Below are positions 1 through 13,559 of a stretch of 64,000 nt of DNA, piece after piece. The stretch's first letter is position 1; each line of letters begins with the position of its first letter. This stretch comes from Vicugna vicugna (Eukaryota). A model generated the notes under the pieces. It was not told the DNA's origin. It ran no database searches and saw only the letters and a list, made by a program, of their open reading frames with translations. A program made the position numbers and the translations under genes. The stretch spans positions 7,225,308 to 7,289,307 of the forward strand of contig MU063892.1 in the NCBI GenBank assembly GCA_013265495.1. The letters are read 5' to 3'.

Positions 1-334
1 GCTCTTACTGTCTGGTCCCTTGGAATCTGGACCACGGATGGACAGTTAGCTACTGCCACTAGGTCCTCCCGCTTCAGGCTCCAGAGGCTAGTCCCACACT
101 TAGCCCACAGAGTTCTCTGGGATCACAGGGAACACCCATCCAACTCTCCTTTGGAGGTGAGAAAGGTGAGGCTGGGGAAGGAGTCAAGGCTATGCGCCAG
201 CTGGCTCTAATTCCCAGGCCAGGACTATGCCTACTGAATGATCCTATGGGACAAGTTCATCTTGTAATCTGCCCACCTTCCTCGACCTATCCCTGGCTCC
301 AGAACTCAGCATCTGTGCCCTTTAGAACAAGGAG

Positions 335-520
335 CTTGGGCTCTGGAAGCAGATTTGAGCCCTGCTCGTGACTTACTGTGTGACTATGGGCAAGTTGTCT
401 CACATCTCTGAGCCTTAGCTGTGTAAAATGGGGGCAATTAGACTGTCTTCATAGGGCTGTGCAGTGGGAATAAATTGTCTGGGGATTCAATAAATGTGGG
501 TTTTGCTTAGCTTGGGCTTT
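335..520 (+). mobile_element. MIR
   Basis: CTGTGTGACTATGGGCAAGT...TCTCTGAGCCT...GTAAAATGGGG core. About 30 similar MIR remnants are scattered through the window; only representatives are listed. Confidence 0.75.
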
Positions 521-694
521 TCAAATCATTAATTAATGCTTCCTGTGAATAAGGTGCATGGTCTTGTTCATTGGGTCTCAGTCTCCCAAATGCAGAGAGA
601 GGCCAGGGCTCCGTCAGGGCTCTCCCTGCCCTGATATTCTGTGACTTGACCAGAGGAAGCCCTTCTTTCAGGGGCTTGGGACCCTAGTATTTTA

Positions 695-753
695 CCACCA
701 CCACCACCACCCCCCCCACACACACACACATACACACACACACACACACACCA
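695..753. repeat. Compound microsatellite (ACC)n-C run-(CA)n
   Basis: Seen directly. Confidence 0.9.
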
Positions 754-1296
754 CACTTCCTGCCCGGCATCTTTGCTCAGGAAGGCTCCACCACCTAGCT
801 TCTGGGCTCACTCTGCACCATGTGGGCAGCTCCCCATGACGGTCTCAGCCCCTGAGTCACATGGCCTGCAAGGTCAGCTCCCCACAGGTAATTTTTTCCA
901 GTTCTGAATCCTAGTTGCCTATTTCCTGGCCAGGGAATCTGAGTGGTCCAAGAGAGATCAGGTGGCCAGTGAGTTGGGTCATATGTCATGGGCTAGGGGT
1001 GGAGCAGTTTCTCCAAGATCAGGAGGAAACCAAAGCATCTCTAATTCAGAAACAAAACAAAACTACCTGGGATGTAAGTTAGTTACATGGAAAAATGTAT
1101 CTGCACGAACTCCTCGTTTAACCAGAAAGCTATTAGAGGCATCTGAAACTGGGCTTTCAATTACAAAGGAAAAACTACCCTCTTCTTCCAGCTGCCAAAA
1201 TATAAAGTCCTGGCCTTTAACTCATGAGAGAATCTTCTCATTCATTGTTAACTCTTATAATGCAAACAATTGTAACACACGTGGGTTCTTGGTTTT

Positions 1297-1310
1297 CCAC
1301 TAGAGGGCGT
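1297..1310 (+). promoter_or_regulatory. CTCF motif CCACTAGAGGGCGT
   Basis: Matches core CCASYAGRKGGCRS except at the last base. Confidence 0.6.
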
Positions 1311-1992
1311 CATCACGATAGGGGCAAGAAGTAACTGCCGACCTGCCGTGAAGAAGAGATGTTTTAAAATAAAAAAAAATAAAGGCAAAACAAAACTTTT
1401 AAAATCAAACACAAGAATTTAGCATCTTGGGAGACATTTTGTGCCCAGGCCAAGCGACCGCATGGTTTAGGAGTCCCTACAAGCATGTAATAGTTGATGC
1501 TCTCAGTGACAACCCTTGGGCATCAAGAGAAAAATTATGTTCCCTGACCTCCACTTAAGACAGTATAAATAGGTAACACGTTGTGAGAGACTTCCATTTA
1601 ATATATATAAAAAAAAGAAAGACTCTTTTTTTTAGTTTTTCACAGAAGGAATAAACCTCATCTGGAAAATGCATTCTTGGGGAATAATGCAGTTATAAAT
1701 GATGTATGACTACACAAGGGTTTACAAGTCAATCCAACAAAAATAATAAATGGCACAATTTTGAAACCAAGCTCTGCAGCTAGCAGCTAGAGTTTCATCG
1801 TTGTAGGAATAAAGTGCTTTAACAGTGACTTCAATTGGATTGAGGACCTCGGGGACCTTGCCAAGAGCTTGAAAGCAGATAATTTTCAGGCGTGTTGCCC
1901 AGTCCCGACCCACCACATAATTTTACCCTCTTACTTTAAGTGAGACACCCACACTTGGTTAGAAGGGAGAAAAGGAGACCCTGTAGTACTGT

Positions 1993-2159
1993 AGTGTTTC
2001 AAACTTAAGACCTGGAGGGAAAATTCAAGGTAAACACATCGAAATAGATTGGAAGCTCATAAAACTTTAGGGCACCTGGGGCGGGGATCAGGAACGCGCA
2101 TTTTACATATTCCCTGAGTGATTCTGATCCACGTGGTCCGATGTTGGGAAACACTGCTC
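1993..2159 (+). mobile_element. MER5A (hAT-Charlie MITE)
   Basis: TAGTGTTTCAAACTT start, TTCCCTGAGTGATTCTGAT core, GAAACACTG end. Confidence 0.7.
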
Positions 2160-2875
2160 GTCCCACTTCACAGATGGGGAAATCAAGGCCCAGGGAAGAA
2201 AAGAGCGAAGACTTGAAGTCATACAGCAAGTCAGAAGCTGAGCTGGCCTCTGGCCTGTCCGGGGCTTCTTTCCACCAAATTCTGCCTGCCCACGGACAGC
2301 CTCCCGGGGCTGCTAACATTCCAAGGAAACTTGTAACAGGAACGGAAATGTCAGCTGTGCCTGTTCCGATGTTCGAGCGCCCATCGTGACTCCAGGCTCT
2401 GCCAGACCAGCCCTCAGAGCTTGGGGAGCCAAGCTCCGTGAGCCTGATTTTTCCAGATGGGATCGGGATGGGATTACAAAAGCCAGCATTTATTTTTATT
2501 TCCCCAAGAAAATAAATCAGCAGTTTTGCTCCAAGAAAAGTGATCAGAGGAAGCAGTGTTCCTAGCCAGGAGGAGGTCCTGGACCCTTGCCAGCCCCTTG
2601 CCGGCCCCTCCAGTGCGGCCTTAACATCCTGAAGGTGTCTGACATGGAGTCGGGTCCGCAGACAAAGCGCCTTTTGGGCCTCAGATTCAATTACCCTCTC
2701 CAGCCCACAGCGGTGGCTAAAGGGCTTGGGAGATGAAGGGTTACTTTCTACCTGGGAACAAAAGGAATTTTGCCTAGCCTTTCCTATTACCACCAACCCC
2801 CCCGCCAAAAAAAAAGAACATCTGAAAATGGAGGGTGGTGTAAAATGTGATTGCTGTCAGGTTCCACAGTTCTGA

Positions 2876-3076
2876 CAGTGATTCTCAAAGGGAGGCAGAC
2901 TTGCTCTCTCCTGGAGGTGGGAAGGGACACTTGGCAGCAGCTGGACATGTTTTTGGTTGTCAGAGCTTGGGGCATCTAGTGGGTAGAGGCCAAAAATGCT
3001 TGAAAACATCCTACAATGCACAGGACTGTACCCTGCTTGCCCCAAATGTTGATAGTGCTAAGGTTGGGAGATCCTG
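2876..3076 (+). mobile_element. MER20 (hAT-Charlie MITE)
   Basis: CAGTGATTCTCAA...GGCATCTAGTGGGTAGAGGCC...ACATCCTACAATGCACAGGAC...GAGATCCTG. Confidence 0.88.
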
Positions 3077-3929
3077 AACTACGGACAAGTGGCCTGGGAT
3101 ATTAGATGCCTGGTTGTGAGTCCAGGCTTGCCTCTAAATGCTGTGTGAGCATGGGCAAGGCCCAGCCCTCTCTGGGCCTCAGACTGTCATCTGTACAAGG
3201 AAGAGGTAAAGGGCCTCCTCTCTGGGGCCCTCACAGTTTTGATCACTCAGGGCTCAGGAGACCAGGAGGTCTGAGACCACAGGCCTGGCTTCTACAACTT
3301 AGACGTGGCTGTGGGAGGATTGCGGGGTGGGGGTCTACCCAGCCCCCAAGCCTGAGGCGTGGACAATCAGCTCTCCTGAGCTCCTCCCCCAAAGCACAAT
3401 ATCTGGAACTCCTGCTCCACCAGGAACGGAAAAACCACTATCTGCAGATGACATCACTTTGCAAAAATGCAAGTAGCGGGTGGTTGCCAAGCAGAGCTCC
3501 AGGGACGGGGTGGGAAGGGAGGGCTCAGAGCGTGCCAACCATCGGCAGTACTGGTATCCGGCACCTTCTTGCATCTCAGGACAACCCTGGACAAGTTAGT
3601 CCCCTTCTCAGGACGTCGGTCCTCCCATCTCTGCCGTGGGAGGCCGGACCCCAGTATTGCCAGGAGCCCTTCCCGTTGGGAGCGTCCAAGACCCTGGACT
3701 CTCCCAGCTCAAGTCTCGGAGCGCTTCTGGGCTGCAGGTGCACAAGTGAGGCCCCCGCCTGCAGGGACAGGGAGCCCAGGGGTGGGGGATGGAAGGAGAG
3801 GAAAGCAGCCACCCTGTCCAACTGAGCCACTCAGAGGCCACCGGTACCACTCAAGTGCTTGAAAACAGACTCTCTTCTGGAGGGCTGGGCGTGTGTCTCA
3901 CCCACCCACCCGATTACTTTCCTAGTCTG

Positions 3930-4690
3930 GAGTTTGGATGGCCACTATCAAAAAAAAAAAAAAAGAAAGAAAGAAAGAAAAGAGAAGTGCTGGTGAGGAT
4001 GTGAAGAAATTGGAACCTTTGTGCACTGTTAATGGGAATATAAACAGGACAGCCGCTATGGAAAACAGCATGGTGGTTCCTCAAAAAATTAAAAATAGAA
4101 TTCCTGTATGCTCCAGGAATACCCCTTCTGGGTATATATCCAAAGGAATTGAGAGCAAATTCTCACAGAGGTATGTGTACACTCATATTCATAGCAGCAT
4201 TATTCACAATGGCCAAAACATGGAAGTAACCCAAGCATCCATTAATGGATGGATAAGCAAAATGTGGTGTAATACACACAGTGGAATATTATTCAGTCTT
4301 CAAAGGAAGGAAACTCTGACACACGTGGATGGACCTGGAGGACATCATGCTAAGTGAAATAAGCCGGTCACAAAAAGAACAATCCTGTATGATTCTACTT
4401 ACATGGGGTCCCCAGAGCAGGTAAAGTCACAGAGACAGAAAACAGAATGAAGGCTGCCAGGGGAAGGTGGGGTGGGAACGGGGAGAAGTTGCTTAATGGG
4501 CACAGAATTTCAGTTTTGCAAGATGAAAACGTTCTGGAGATCCATTGCACAACAATGTGAATATACTTAGCATTACCAAATGTACACTTAGCAATGGTTA
4601 AGACGGGAAAAAAATGTATCAAAGTATGTATTTTAAATATGTAGGGTTCCATGTGTTAACTCTACCTCAATAAAGTTGTTTGGGGGAAAA
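3930..4690 (+). mobile_element. L1M (MA/MB-like) 3' fragment
   Basis: ORF2 C-terminus and 3'UTR hallmarks (GCTGGTGAGGATGTG, GGAAAACAGCATGG, CATCATGCTAAGTGAAATAAGCC), ending in CTCAATAAAG. Confidence 0.88.
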
Positions 4691-4724
4691 AATGCCTTTA
4701 TTAAACTCTCTTTTTAAAAAAAAC

Positions 4725-4895
4725 TGGTGGTTCCCATACTGGTCTGCACATTAGAATCTTCTGGGATCTTTTAAAAATTCCAAAGCTCAGGCCAACACCC
4801 CAGACCAATTAAATCACACCCCCTGCGGATAGTCCACGGGCACCAGAGTCTTGGTGCCTCCCTGGTGATTCCAACGTGCACACAAGTTTGAGACC
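4725..4895 (+). mobile_element. MER5A-like MITE
   Basis: GCACATTAGAATC...CCCAGACCAATTAAATCA...CCTGGTGATTCCAACGTGCACACAAGTTTGAG. Confidence 0.7.
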
Positions 4896-7800
4896 CACCG
4901 AATAAATCCTTGGATTGGGCCTTGTGTTTCTTGGCAGGAGTCTGCATAATTAGCTACTTCTTAGGCTTATTATGAGAATTAAAAGGAATAGCGAAGGCAA
5001 AGCATTTAGCACAGCTCCTGGGACTTAGTGCTCGAGAAATTGTACTGAAAATATCATTGGCTTTATTCTTATTATTTCTCCGGGCCTCCAGTTTGCCATG
5101 GGTCTCCAAGAAGCTACAGAGGAGGTAAGAGAGGTGGTATCGGGTCAAACTCAAGTCTTGGCAGGTAGGAGGGGTCCGAACTAAGACAGAGGAAGGTGGG
5201 GATTCCGTGCTGGCTGGGGGGCTTTGGGGGAAAGACTGTGAGGCGCCCAGGGCCAGGAGGATGGCAGACTTGCCGCGATGCCAGAGGGCATCTGCCTCCA
5301 GGGGCTGCCAGGAGCCGCCAGGCAGCTGGCACCTCTCAGAGGCTCCGGAAAACATGGGGAAGGGGGGCATCCAGCTGGTCCAGGAAGCAGCATGACTGCA
5401 ACCAACAGACTTTTAGCTGATCCGCCACCGTGGGGCCCCTTCTTATTTTTCAGGGGTCCTCAGCTACCCTTGGCAGTCCCAGCAGCCTGGAGATAACTAC
5501 TGACCGCCACCCAGTGTCTACCCTGGGGTCCACCCACCATGCTGGGCTGGACATGGTGGGGGATGAGGGAGCGGGACTTCCTTGGTCGCTGCATGGGAAC
5601 TGAGGGATGTTGAAGGGGCATAGCATTGGGGTTGCCGAAAAGGGGGCATCTCTCCTGGCCAGGAAAGGACCTTGGATGAGGAGGTGCTGGCCTGGCCTGT
5701 ATTTTCTCCCCAGGCCATCCTTCCATCCATCCACCCACCCACCATCCATCCATCACACAAGCATTTCCTGAGCACTCACTGTGTGCCCAGCTGGGGCCCT
5801 GAGATCTGGTGAACAAGAGTTTGAGTCTGTCTGACGGAGCGGGGTCGGGGGCAGGAAGGAGGGAGTCCCGCGACAGAGCAGCCTGTGGCCGACAGACAAG
5901 GGCTCAGATCCCAATTCTGCTCTGTATCTGCTGCACGTCTTGGGGAAAGTCATCTGCCTCTGCGGCCTCAGTTTTGTCTTCTGCAAAAGGGTGACAGACC
6001 CATCCTCACATGGTTGCTGATGAAGGACATGAGACAGGACAACATGAGGGTCCCTGTTTGGGACTATTTGAAGCTCTTTTCCCAGGAGGGGAAGAAAGTC
6101 CCCTGAACCTCAACCTTAGCCCAGACCTCTTACCTGTGGCAAGGCTGATGTGGGAGGCAGTTTTCTGGGGACAGAGCTGTGGCCAGAAGGCAGCACCAGT
6201 GGGCCCCCCAAACCACAAATCCATATCAGGAAGCCCTTTTCCAGAGCCTGGAACCTGAGAGCCTGGGTGCCTGGGTCCCTATCCAGCTGGCGTGCTGGGT
6301 GACAGTGGGCAATTTTTCCCCCATCTTCCTCATCTGAAGAACAGACCATCATAAGCATGCCCAGCAATGATATTCCAGGGCAAGGAGAAGACTTCGCGGC
6401 CCCTTTGTGCAGGTGGGAAACTAGAGGCCCAAGAAGGACGGGGATCTATTCAAGGACACATGAGTCCACATCCGAGTCAGAACTAGAAGCCAGATCTCCT
6501 GGCTCCAAATCCCTAGCGCCTCTCCACACTCTCCTCCAGAGGGGTCTGTGCCCTGGGGATGGGTCAGGGTACCAGGAAGTCCAGCTAGAAGATATAGCCC
6601 CCTCTTTAAGGGACGCCCCCCAACAAAACCTCAGCTCCCATTAGGCAACAAGACTTCCCCTACAAATATCCTCCAAGCAGACCCCCTCTAGACAAGTCCC
6701 TCCTCTGCTCAAGCACCTTCCATGGCTCCCTATCACCCAACACCACACCCAGCATCTAGGCTCCCAGTTTACCTCCCCGAGCTGATCTCCCTGTGTCCCT
6801 CAACTTTTGCCTTACATTCTGGTCACCACACAGTAACCACCACCCATCTCCAGGCCTTCATGGATTCTGGTCCCGTCTCCTAGAACACCCTTCCTGGCTT
6901 CCTTCCTTTAAGGCCATCCAAATGTCACCTGCTCCGGGAAGACTTCCTTCTCCCCAAACTGGACATGGCCTCTCCCTCCTCTGGGCTATCAGAGGACTCC
7001 CTTAGGTTGGTTCTGGGTACCTCGAGTGCCCATCTGTCTCCTCCAGGAGACAGGGAGATACCCGGGAGCAGAATCCAAGTCACACCCACCTCTGGTCAGT
7101 TTCCCACCCTCAGCACCAGGCATTAATAGAAGGGCTAAGTGATGCCTGGTGCCCTGAGTCCACATCAGGACGAACGGACAGGGACTGTTCAGTGCCTGTT
7201 TGGGACCCAGTTCCAGGTCAGAGGTGGCCGGAGGCTGGGCCGGGCGCCTGGACACAGGCATTGACCTCGGCTCCCATGGCTGTTTTTGTTTTCCTTCTCC
7301 CTGGGCAAAGGCTGCGGGGGCCGCTCTGAGCCACAGCTGGGTTTTATTGCATCAAGGCTCAAAAAAGGCCCGAGCATATTTTCAGAGAGAAGGGGAAAAA
7401 AGAATATTTTCTTGCCTGACCCAAGATGAGGGCTCGCTCCAATTTTCCATCTGCTCTGCCTTCTGGGTGGAGCTGGCGGGGAAGTTTCTCTGCAGGAGGA
7501 CCCTTCAGGACTGCGGTTTATGAGCTCATAGATAGGCTGCCCAGCGCTCTGCCTGCCTCCCTCCCCCAACACACACACAGACACAAACACACACTCACAC
7601 AGCAGCGCTCACACACACGCACACAGACTTGGGCCTGTACTGTGCAGAGCGGGAAGCCATGCTTTAGACGAGGGACAGTAGTAGAGCAAGAGGGACCAAA
7701 AATCCCATTGGAAGAGGGTGACTGCCTGGTGGCCGCACTAGGGGTCCCCATGCTTGCATCCCCAAGCCTGGGGCGTACAGCATCCCCACTGGGCTGCCTG

Positions 7801-7977
7801 CATCCCTAGGACCTGGGACCAGAATAAAGCCTGTGTTTGATGCATCTTTGCATGGCTGCTTCCCAAGAAACTATCAGATGAACGAGATGCAAATCATTTC
7901 TAGCATCACTGAACTCAGAGAGCTTTGGTTGAAATACATTTTCTCGATTAGAAGATGCTAGAGACACCAGAGTCCTA

Positions 7978-8165
7978 CTGCTGTGTGCGTGCGTAAATGT
8001 GTGTGATGTGTGGATGTGGTCTCTGTGTGTGACAGGTGTGGTGGAGCGTGTGTACGTGCTGTGTTTGTGTGATTATGCGCAGTGTGGACATTTGTGGTGT
8101 GGTTGGCATTGTGTATGTGTGATGTGTGTGTCTGAAACATTTGTGTGCACTGTGTGTATGTGATG
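7978..8165. repeat. Degenerate TG-rich low-complexity tract
   Basis: About 190 nt of interrupted (TG)n. A shorter CA-rich tract lies at 7567-7625. Confidence 0.85.
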
Positions 8166-10648
8166 CTGTCCTGGGGACAGCATCACACCTGGAGGAGGGC
8201 TGTGTTGGGGACAGAGTCCCCGCTTCCCTCCAGGCACACTCTTCAAAGTAGCACATTATTGAGATCGTTCCAGGGCAATTTGTGAGGAAAAGCGCAACTC
8301 GTAGAGAAGGCAGCTGAAGGGAAAGGGGCCTTTTTACCATCTTGCTCCTCACCACACCCTGCCCCAATGTCAGAAATAAACTTTGCCTCTGGTGACACCC
8401 AGTCCCCAAATCTCCAGTCCAAAGAGACACAGGTAACAAGCTGGAGTTCAGAGAAACCTATGGCCAAGTGTTACCCAGAGAGCGGGATCCAAAGCCCAGC
8501 TTCCCACCTCCCTCCATGGTGGGCTGGCCAGAGCCAACAAGCAAAGACCACAGCGTTCCCCGCAACTGTGCCCAGAGCTGGCATCAGGGACCTGGGCTCT
8601 CTATAAACATGGCCTCACTTTCCTCTCATATCCACCCATCAAGGGGGCATGACTGCCCCATATTCTCAGAGGAGTTCACAGGCTCAGAGGGGAGTCAGAG
8701 GTGAAGGCAGGCCTCTGGCAGCCATGAGGAGAGAGGAAGTCCCTGGAACCAGGAGGGCAGGCTCTTGGCTTTGGGCATCAGGCAGGGACAACAGGAGCGG
8801 CTTGCAGGTTTGTGGGGTTTTAGCTCCAAGTGGGGCATTGCTTCTTCTTTCATGTCTGCAGAGACACAGGCCCAGAATTGGTGCCAGGAGGGGTGGGCAG
8901 TGGACGGAACTGGGCACAGCGGGGATGTGGGCCTTTCCCCGGCCCAGCTCTCCATCCATCCCTGGCAACTGAGCCAGGCCAGGCACCCTCTTACCCACGT
9001 AGCCCCTCTACCCTCCTAGAGGCTCACCCCCTACTTCTTAGAAACTGAGGCAGCCCAGCTGGAGCCAAGGGGAGCTTCTTGGGAGATGAGCTTTTCCAAT
9101 AGGAAGAACTAGACTCAAGGCCTTCCCAGCCTAGAGGCCTTGGGCAAGTCCTCCTTCCTCCCTGAGCATCAGTTTCCTCCTCTGTAAAATGGGAATAACA
9201 ACAGCTGCCTCCTGGGATGGTTGGGGGACCACGTGCGTGGGTGTGTGAAGCACTTGGCACAGGCCTGGCACAGGGAGGTACTTTGATCCACTAGTGTCCT
9301 GTTCCTGTCCCCGGCTGCCCTGGACAGCACGAGTTACAGCAGCGCTTGATTGGTCCAAAGGTCCCTCCCCTCCTGCCCCAGGAGAAGCTGAAGAAGAAAG
9401 AGAAACAGCAGTTCTTGGAAAGCCACCATGGAGTCCTCCCTGGAATAGGCCAGTCTTTCATCAAGATGCCAACGGATGGTCACACCAACCACTAGGCCTG
9501 CAGTGGCCCTCTGTGACCTCTCAGCTGCCTCGCTCTGAGTTCCATGGTCCTGTTCTCCACTCCGTGTCTACCCCTACGCTGGCCACAGGGGACTCCTCAA
9601 ATGCCACCAGACACTTCCCTCCCAGGCCATCTCACTTGACCCTCCCCTGCTCAAAGCCTCTCCTGCCCTCCTCTCTCCCTACCTCCATTGGCATAAAGTC
9701 CTTTATGTCACCGAGCACTCCAGGCCCTCTCGGCCTGACCAGCACCCGCTACACTCTCTCCTGCCCCTCTTTAACTTGCCCGCCTCACACCGGCTATAGC
9801 CAGATGGCCACCCACATGGCTACCGGGTTCCATTACCTGTGGGAAGAGCTTAGAGCGGGCCTGGCACACAGGGGCCCGCTCAGCAAGACGTGACCCAGGG
9901 TTGGCAGAGACACCGGGCTCATGTCCCCGCAGGATTCTGTGCTTGGGATGCCCTTGCCCTCCTCTGGCAATCTCTGACTCACACTTAAAGACCCACCCTA
10001 GTCTCCACCTCCTCTAGGAAGCCTTCCTTGATGCCCACCCCTCTAGGTCAGTGTAGGTCCCTTCTGCCTAAGTAGATCTGCCTGGAGGCCCCCAGTCCTC
10101 CTGTCACTGCTGTCCTGTCTGGGTAACTCCAGTCCCAACCCACTGGCCTGGCATGTCCTCCCCCCAGTTCCTGTGGATTTTTGTAGGGTTTGTGTCCACA
10201 CATTGGTCCTCCTTGCTCTCGGCCCCAGTGGCTGCCCTCCATCCCAGCTGTAGGCACCTTACCTCTCCCTTATCCCAAGGCCTTGCAGTGGAGACTTAAT
10301 TTGGATAACAGAGTTTGCTGACGTTCTGGAGACAGCAGAGAGCAATTCCAGCACAGAGTGCAAAACAGGCTGACAGTCAGAGTCAGGCAGCGCAATCTTT
10401 AGGAATTTGTCAACCATCCCTCACCACAGAGACTCTCTCATCAGCTGGGGTCTGTGGGGAGGTCTGACCTCTGAGAGTCATCTGGAAATTCCTCTGTCTC
10501 CCCCCTGAGTCCCTCCTTCCTCTCCTGTTATGATGAAGAACTTTGTCCTGCTGGCTCCCTGGAGACCCCAGGAGGGACCCAACCTGAGACAGATTCACTC
10601 TCTGCCAACGTGCAAAGGCAGCTGCTGCCCGTTATTTTAAACAGACAT

Positions 10649-11025
10649 TGCCCTGGGCTGAATTGTGTCCCCCCAGGTTCATATACTGAAATCTTCACCC
10701 CCAGTACCTCAGAATGTGACAGGATTTGGAGACAGGGCCTTTAAAGAGGTGATTAAGTTAAAATGAGGTCATGGGGGGTGGGGGGTTCCAAATCCAACAG
10801 GACTAGTGTACTGATCAGAAGAGGAAGTTTAGACACAGACACACACAGAGGGAAGACCGTGTGGAGACATGGAGAAGGCTGCTGTCTGCAATCCCAGGAG
10901 AGAGGCCTCAGGAGAAACAGCCCTGCGACACCTTGATCTTGGACTTCTGGCCTCCAGGACTGTGAGAAAAGAAATTTCTGTTGGTTAAGCCCCAAGGCCT
11001 GTTGTGTCAGCCCAAGGAAGCACTC
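10649..11025 (+). mobile_element. MLT1A/B-like solo LTR (ERVL-MaLR)
   Basis: TG...GGGCTGAATTGTGTCCCCC, CCCAGTACCTCAGAATGTGAC, GACTTCTGGCCTCCAGGACTGTGAG. Confidence 0.88.
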
Positions 11026-13559
11026 AGAGGTGTTCTGATGCATCTTCCTCATGGCGCTGTCAACATCTGTGCGTGGGCCCGTCTCCCCTTACAGACTATG
11101 AATTCCTTGAAGACACTGGACAGAGCGGACCTGTCCAGCCCTCAGAGCCTCGTCCCCACCGCACCCTGAGAGGTTCGGAGAGAATTTTCTGAGTGAACAC
11201 CTTCCGAGATGAATAGAACTTTGGTTCATGGGCTTATAAAATCAGCAAATGCTAGAAAGGGGAGAGACCTTACAATACACATCCCCTCCCTGCTCAGTGC
11301 CCCTGCTCACCTGTCCACTGCCCACCTGGCCTCTGACCCTCAACAGCCCTGCAAGAAAGTCCCCTTTCCATTTTACAGATGGGTAGGTTGAGGCCCGGGG
11401 AAGGCAAGTGATGTGCCCAAGGTCACTTATGGAGTCAGAGCCATAGGCAAGAGAGACCAAAGCCCACAAGTCCAAGAGAGGATCTGAGAGGGGGAGGGTA
11501 GGGCCAGAAGGCTCTGCAGGGTCCTGCCCTCTGGAAGGAGACAGAGAGGAGCTGGGTTTGAATCCCGACTGCCTCTCTTGCTTGCTGTGTGTGAGCAGGT
11601 CACTGGCCTCTCTGAGCCAGGGCCTCAGTTTCCACGTCTGTACCATGAGGCTGAGAAAATGAGACAGCACAGGAGGTGCTCAGCACGGGGTCTGGCCCAC
11701 AGAAAGTCCACAAGAAATGGTGCTGGTGCTGCTGCTCGTGAAGACAGTCTTCTGGAATCACCCAGCTGGCCCCGCACCTGGCCCCGCAGGAAGTCTGACA
11801 AAGAGCTCGCCATGGAAGCTTTTCCTGCCAGTCAGCGCAAGGGGAAGATGGGGGCGGGCCACCTCTGTCCCCCTGCCTCTGAGCACTGCCCCCGGCCCCC
11901 AGCATACACTGTCATGCCTTCCACCCGGCCTCAATGGCCAATTGTTCTTCCTCCAGGCCCAAACCAAGCCAGACCTGCCAGGAACCAGCCACTAAAAATA
12001 GCCAGGCCGGAGTGCTGGGGTCCAGCTGCTTATCTCACTCCAGGATCGGGATCTGCCCCCTCTTCCTGGCCACTGCTCTGGGCGAAGTCCAGCTTGGCCA
12101 GCTCCCAGCTCACCCTCAAGGAGGTCTAAACTCACGCCCACAAAATATTTCATAGAAAATTCGAGGCTGGCTATAATTCTCTGACAGCAGACCCTTGGTG
12201 CAGACTTGCAGACTTGGCCTGTGGTGAGCTGGGAAGAAGGGCCTGGAAGAACAGGCCATAACTGGGAAAGCACAGAGAAAGAAGGAAAGGCATTCAAGGT
12301 GGTAGGAACAGCAGAAGCAAAAGGATGAGGGAGGATGCTGAACGGAACAGTGAGGGGCTACAGGAAGTCTCTTTGGTAGAGTAGGAAGGGAGTCTTCAAG
12401 GGAAACTCAGGCTCAGCTGAGCAGGACCTTGAATGCCAGGCAAGGCTTCCCTGACCTTCAAGGCCACACCTTGCCAGGAACAAGTGCCCTGGATGCTTTG
12501 ACTCTCAGGATCTCCTCTGCTCTCTCCTCCCTAAGGAGTAGTCATAGCCCTGAGGGAGGAGCCGAGGGCTGGTGGGAACAGAGAAGTGTCTCTAGCACAC
12601 CGCTCCTAGCCTCAGGAAGGGGATTTCTCATCAGAGACATATCATTATCTGACGCAGAGGCTGGGAACACCAAGCCCGCAGACTTTCAAGCCTTCAACTG
12701 TCAGCCTTCAAGAACCCATTCTGGGCTGGGTACTGGGGACCCACATGGCCACTCAGTTCTAGCCCTTCCAGGGCTCATGGTCCAGGGGAGAAAGACAAGT
12801 GAAGAGGCAACTCCAGGGCTGAGTCACCTGAGCGCAGTGCTTGGACAGACCAGAGAAGAGCCCTCCTCCAGACTTAGGATGACAGCAAAGAGTTCCTGGA
12901 GGACACTTGCCCTGAACTGAATCCCAAAGGTTAAGGAGGAAGTGGCCAGGTAAAGAGGAAACAAGAACTGTGTTTGAGGCTGAGAGCAGCATGTGCAAAG
13001 GCCCCAGAGTACAAGTGAGTTTAGCTGGTGTGTGTGTGGGCAGGAGCAGGGTGAAGATGGGGTGTGGAGGTATTGAGGCTGGAGAGGTCTTTGGGGAACA
13101 GATTTCTAAACTCCTCTGAGTCCTTCATGGACACAAATAGTAGTAACTCACAGAAAGGCTGGCAAATGAAATTGTTGGGAAAATGGAAATCAACCACACC
13201 GAGTAGATTAAATCCTATTTTTTAAATTCAGAGTCTGGAAATTTGATCCTGATTATTCTGTAAGGAAAGCCTTGTATCATTTGTACATTGGGGGGTTAGA
13301 TTTAAACGCTGTGCTTAAATCGAGAATACCTCCATTACACAGGAAGCATCTTCAAAAGTCCTTCCTGCGAGGGCCCAGCCAGACAGATGGGGGTTCTAGA
13401 AAGACCCAGCACGTACTAGCCTGTGGGTGCTTGCAGCCCAGAGTGAAGAGCTCAGTTCTGGTGAAATGGACAGAAGGTAGGTCATCCTTCCCCACCCTCA
13501 CCATCAGGCACAGCCACGTGACTGTTTTGGCCAATGGGCTATTAGCAGAGAAGTTTCAA

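Noticed and set aside
2005-3862. Long ORFs 2005..2808 (-) and 3106..3825 (+)
   Set aside because: No recognisable domain, low-complexity GC-rich composition, and the first overlaps MER5A.
3883-3901. Alu/7SL-like 5' 19-mer GGCTGGGCGTGTGTCTCAC
   Set aside because: Similarity stops immediately, so it is treated as chance.
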